From Candidatus Aegiribacteria sp. (GTDB taxonomy: Bacteria > Fermentibacterota > Fermentibacteria > Fermentibacterales > JCC-6), in contig JAWOBF010000109.1 in assembly GCA_046498225.1 (NCBI GenBank), positions 1 to 30,437 of the forward strand: a stretch of DNA of 30,437 nt, in the 5' to 3' direction. Position 1 is the first letter of the stretch, and each line of letters opens with the position of its first letter. Under the pieces are notes generated by a model, which was not told the DNA's origin, did not search any database, and saw only the letters and a list, made by a program, of their open reading frames with translations. Below, piece by piece: positions 28,301 through 30,437 of this stretch. The position numbers and the translations under genes were made by a program.

Positions 28301-28663
28301 TCAGATGACCGCAGCTGACAGGACCATGAGAATGAACAGGATCAATGTCGCTGCCAAAACCGAGCAGGATCCCGTCTTCACCGGGATTCCCGCCTCCCTG
28401 CCTATTTTCTCCACCGCCAGCTTCGATTCCTTCAAAGTGCCTGAGGAATGTCGGCGATGGATCTTGATCGCCTCTATCTTTTTCCCCCTCCTCAATAGAT
28501 CGGTGATCTCATCCAGCATCTGGTCAGCTGTATGATCATTCGAACCCCGTTCTGAGGGATCGAGTCTTACGGTGCTTCCGCAGTAGATGCACGTTACAAG
28601 GGAATCACCGGCTCCAGGTGACAGTTTTCCTCCGCAGTTCGGACATTCAACAGAATCGGCCAT
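28301..28663 (-). CDS. Zinc-ribbon + L7/L12-C-like domain + C-terminal TM protein
   Basis: CPNCG...CIYCG; KKIEAIK...LKESKLAVE; hydrophobic C-terminus; AGGAAGG RBS. Confidence 0.75.
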   Translation of the reverse strand: MADSVECPNCGGKLSPGAGDSLVTCIYCGSTVRLDPSERGSNDHTADQMLDEITDLLRRGKKIEAIKIHRRHSSGTLKESKLAVEKIGREAGIPVKTGSCSVLAATLILFILMVLSAAVI

Positions 28664-28716
28664 TTAAATCAATCCTTCCTGTAGAAATCTCCTGCAAGTC
28701 GGTACGGTCTGTTTAA

Positions 28717-28794
28717 TCAATCCGGCGGGTCCATATCCGGATTGATCTGGTAAGCCCTCTCTATATCGGCCAGGGCCTCCTCTTCTCTACCCAT
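28717..28794 (-). pseudogene. 3' fragment of a TPR-repeat gene
   Basis: MGREEEALADIERAYQINPDMDPPD* matches the TPR helix-B pattern (GR.EEA...ERA..INP); begins at the edge of repeat copy 2. Confidence 0.6.
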
Positions 28795-29070
28795 TTTCAA
28801 CGATCTCGGTACTTGATTTCAGAAATTTCAGAATAACAGGCCAGAACCGACCGGTCAAGCAGGGATAATGCCCTTGACTGATGTAAGACAATGCTGCGTA
28901 GATACACCTGCCCAACAGCCCGATAAGGTCAGTAGTTCATTCACGCAACCTCTATCTTCGGGACATCGTCCCTCCAGGGCAAATAATCCGCGTCAGGACC
29001 GCAGAGAAGTTCGAAAGGCATGGGTGGTGATCTGGGATCCTCCGGAAAGGACCTGGAACTCAGGCGCAGG
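28789..29070 (-). mobile_element. IS91/ISCR-like 3' end remnant, copy 2 (longer transposase-like tail)
   Basis: 28789-28997 repeats copy 1. The minus ORF extends to ...PEDPRSPPMPFELLCGPDADYLPWRDDVPKIEVA*; RxPP plus an acidic tail is typical of IS91-family transposase C-termini. Right boundary approximate. Confidence 0.55.
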
Positions 29071-29384
29071 CTCAGGGATAGCCGCTGAGGCACTCCCCGG
29101 CTCCTATTGACCTTGCTCCAGCTCATCCGCTCTCTGGAAGTCACCCGGGCTGCACTCCTCGCTGGCTCTGTTCTCTCCATGAACGTGTAACGCAAAAGAT
29201 ATGATCAAAAGCAGAAAGGAAAAGGAAGGAAACGGTCTGGGACGCAAAGCTGTCTTTTTTCCCGTTCCCATACTTCCTGCCTGGAGATGAAGAGCCGGGA
29301 ACCACGGAGGAGGGTTATGGTCGGTGACACTGGCTTACCGCTGGAAAGTGCTTTGAAGGAGGATACGATTTCAATATGGGTTGA

Positions 29385-29546
29385 TTCGACACCGACTATC
29401 ATCCGGGGCCCGGGAACATAGACGCCCACCCTCTCTTCGAATCGGGCCCTATCTGCGATTACCATCTATCGCTGAGTTCTCCCTGCATCAACGCCGGCAA
29501 TCTGCCACAGGGAACACCCACCCGGCCAGGAGGTTCATATATTTAA
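29385..29546 (+). pseudogene. Fragment of a beta-helix-type secreted protein tail
   Basis: Reads FDTDYHPGPGNIDAHPLFESGPICDYHLSLSSPCINAGN, matching the GNIDADPLF...DYHL...SPCIDAG pattern. No start codon; in-frame TGA stops upstream. Confidence 0.7.
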
Positions 29547-29606
29547 CTCGACAGGCGAAACATGTAGGGAATTACCGAGCAGGGGGTACTGAAGTTGGAG
29601 GGAAGG

Positions 29607-29935
29607 ATGAGAACGGCATACATTATCGTGCTGCCTGTGCTCATGTCAGTGATTCCGGCGATTGCCGGGCAACTGGTGCTCCTCTCGGGTGCCGGAGCGT
29701 CCGATTACCAGGTTGACAGTAAGGCCCTCCTCTGGATGAGAGCAGTATGCGCCTGGGTTCCGTGCCGGGGCTCAGCCTGATGGCTGGTACAGACCTGGAC
29801 GTGTCCGGGCAGGTATTCCTCAGGTTCGAGGGAGGCAGGTGTTTCCACAGGCGCGATGACACGCTCGATTACGGTACCGTGATCCGGTCAATGGACAGCT
29901 GGAGGTTCATGGCCGGCGCCGGGATGAGGCTCTAG
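29607..29935 (+). pseudogene. Frameshifted small secreted / outer-membrane beta-barrel-like gene
   Basis: RBS plus signal peptide MRTAYIIVLPVLMSVIPAIAG. The frame changes near 29755-29765 into ...VPGLSLMAG...SWRFMAGAGMRL*, which ends in an amphipathic beta strand. Confidence 0.55.
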
Positions 29936-29951
29936 ATAACGGGAGATATCG

Positions 29952-30087
29952 ATCTCGGCTGAAACACCTGTAGAGAAGGCCTTCATCGGAACTGTAAGGT
30001 ATAGGGACCTGCTGCACAAGGGTTCGAGCATTATGGCGGCGGTGTTTGGCGGAAGCGATTCGGTGGCGCTTCTCAGGCTGCTTCAGC
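29952..30087 (+). pseudogene. tilS: tilS-like PP-loop ATPase 5' fragment
   Basis: VEKAFIGTVRYRDLLHKGSSIMAAVFGGSDSVALLRLL, compared with TilS/TtcA VAVSGG.DS.ALL (Ser changed to Phe). Truncated at the junction with the DUF5916 copy. Confidence 0.7.
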
Positions 30088-30437
30088 GCTTCGCGTCCGT
30101 CACCCCAGGTATCAAGCAGTACGACTATCCATTCGCCGGTTATGTAGTCGTCCCTCGGAGTTAGCGCCTCCACCATTCTTTCCGGGTTCGGATCATGCAG
30201 AAAAAAGCTGAAGTATATGCTGCTGTCGTCGTAGATAACGTAGATATAGGTAGGTTCGGACATCGACTCTCCGTAATCGGGGCCGAACTGCATGAAGGTG
30301 GATTCCACCTCAACCGCATCCTGCCATACCGGATCGTCCAGCACACCGTCGATATCAGGGGCCTGCTCAACCCTGACCGCGGTTACGGGCTGCGGGGTTG
30401 AAATGAGAGTGGAGAGGAAGAGAAAAAGCTGGAACAT
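30088..30437 (-). pseudogene. 350-bp direct repeat, copy B: truncated 5' copy of the DUF5916 gene
   Basis: Same first ~116 codons as 22496-24670, then runs into antisense tilS-like sequence. Confidence 0.9.

Noticed and set aside
27888..28997. CRISPR array or TIR-type MITE
   Set aside because: Only two long copies, no repeat-spacer periodicity, and no terminal inverted repeats or target-site duplication.
29320..29390. In-frame TGA codons read as selenocysteine or recoded
   Set aside because: TGA is a normal stop in core genes here, no SECIS-like hairpin is evident, and the region is otherwise decayed.
24321..30437. Diversity-generating retroelement TR/VR pair
   Set aside because: On the coding strand only 3 of 6 differences are at adenines of copy A; the others are G>A, G>A and C>T. 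The region is N-terminal and no reverse transcriptase is in the window.
29907..30437. 176-aa ORF as a real new protein
   Set aside because: It is the truncated DUF5916 copy reading through into antisense tilS-like sequence.

Overview
GC-rich bacterial chromosome segment, probably from a diderm (lipoproteins, beta-propeller and outer-membrane-type proteins). It resembles FCB-group lineages such as Ca. Fermentibacterota, but that is inference only. Bases 1-22.4 kb are ordinary core genome. On the + strand: hflK (partial), hflC, a PaaI thioesterase and an RmlD-like gene. On the - strand: a degenerate GGDEF gene, vanZ, a coiled-coil lipoprotein, a LysM gene, phoH, a 7TM-HD phosphohydrolase, ybeY, a CBS/CorC gene, recO, glyQS and a GT2. 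Then on the + strand: rho, rpmE, DUF1385, prfA, prmC, ispG, glnA and a beta-propeller lipoprotein. A DUF5916/CBM9-like gene follows on the - strand, and its first 350 bp are repeated at the window end. The 5.4 kb between these copies holds a Na/Ca-type antiporter, an OFA-family MFS transporter and a ~2.6-kb mosaic. The mosaic has two ~200-bp direct repeats that look like 3' ends of an IS91/ISCR-type rolling-circle element. They are interleaved with broken pieces of unrelated genes: pyruvate kinase 5' end, TPR 3' end, tilS-like 5' end, a frameshifted secreted protein, a beta-helix-protein tail and a bare signal peptide. This possible Helitron-like gene-fragment capture region is the most unusual feature. 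No rRNA, tRNA or CRISPR array was seen.
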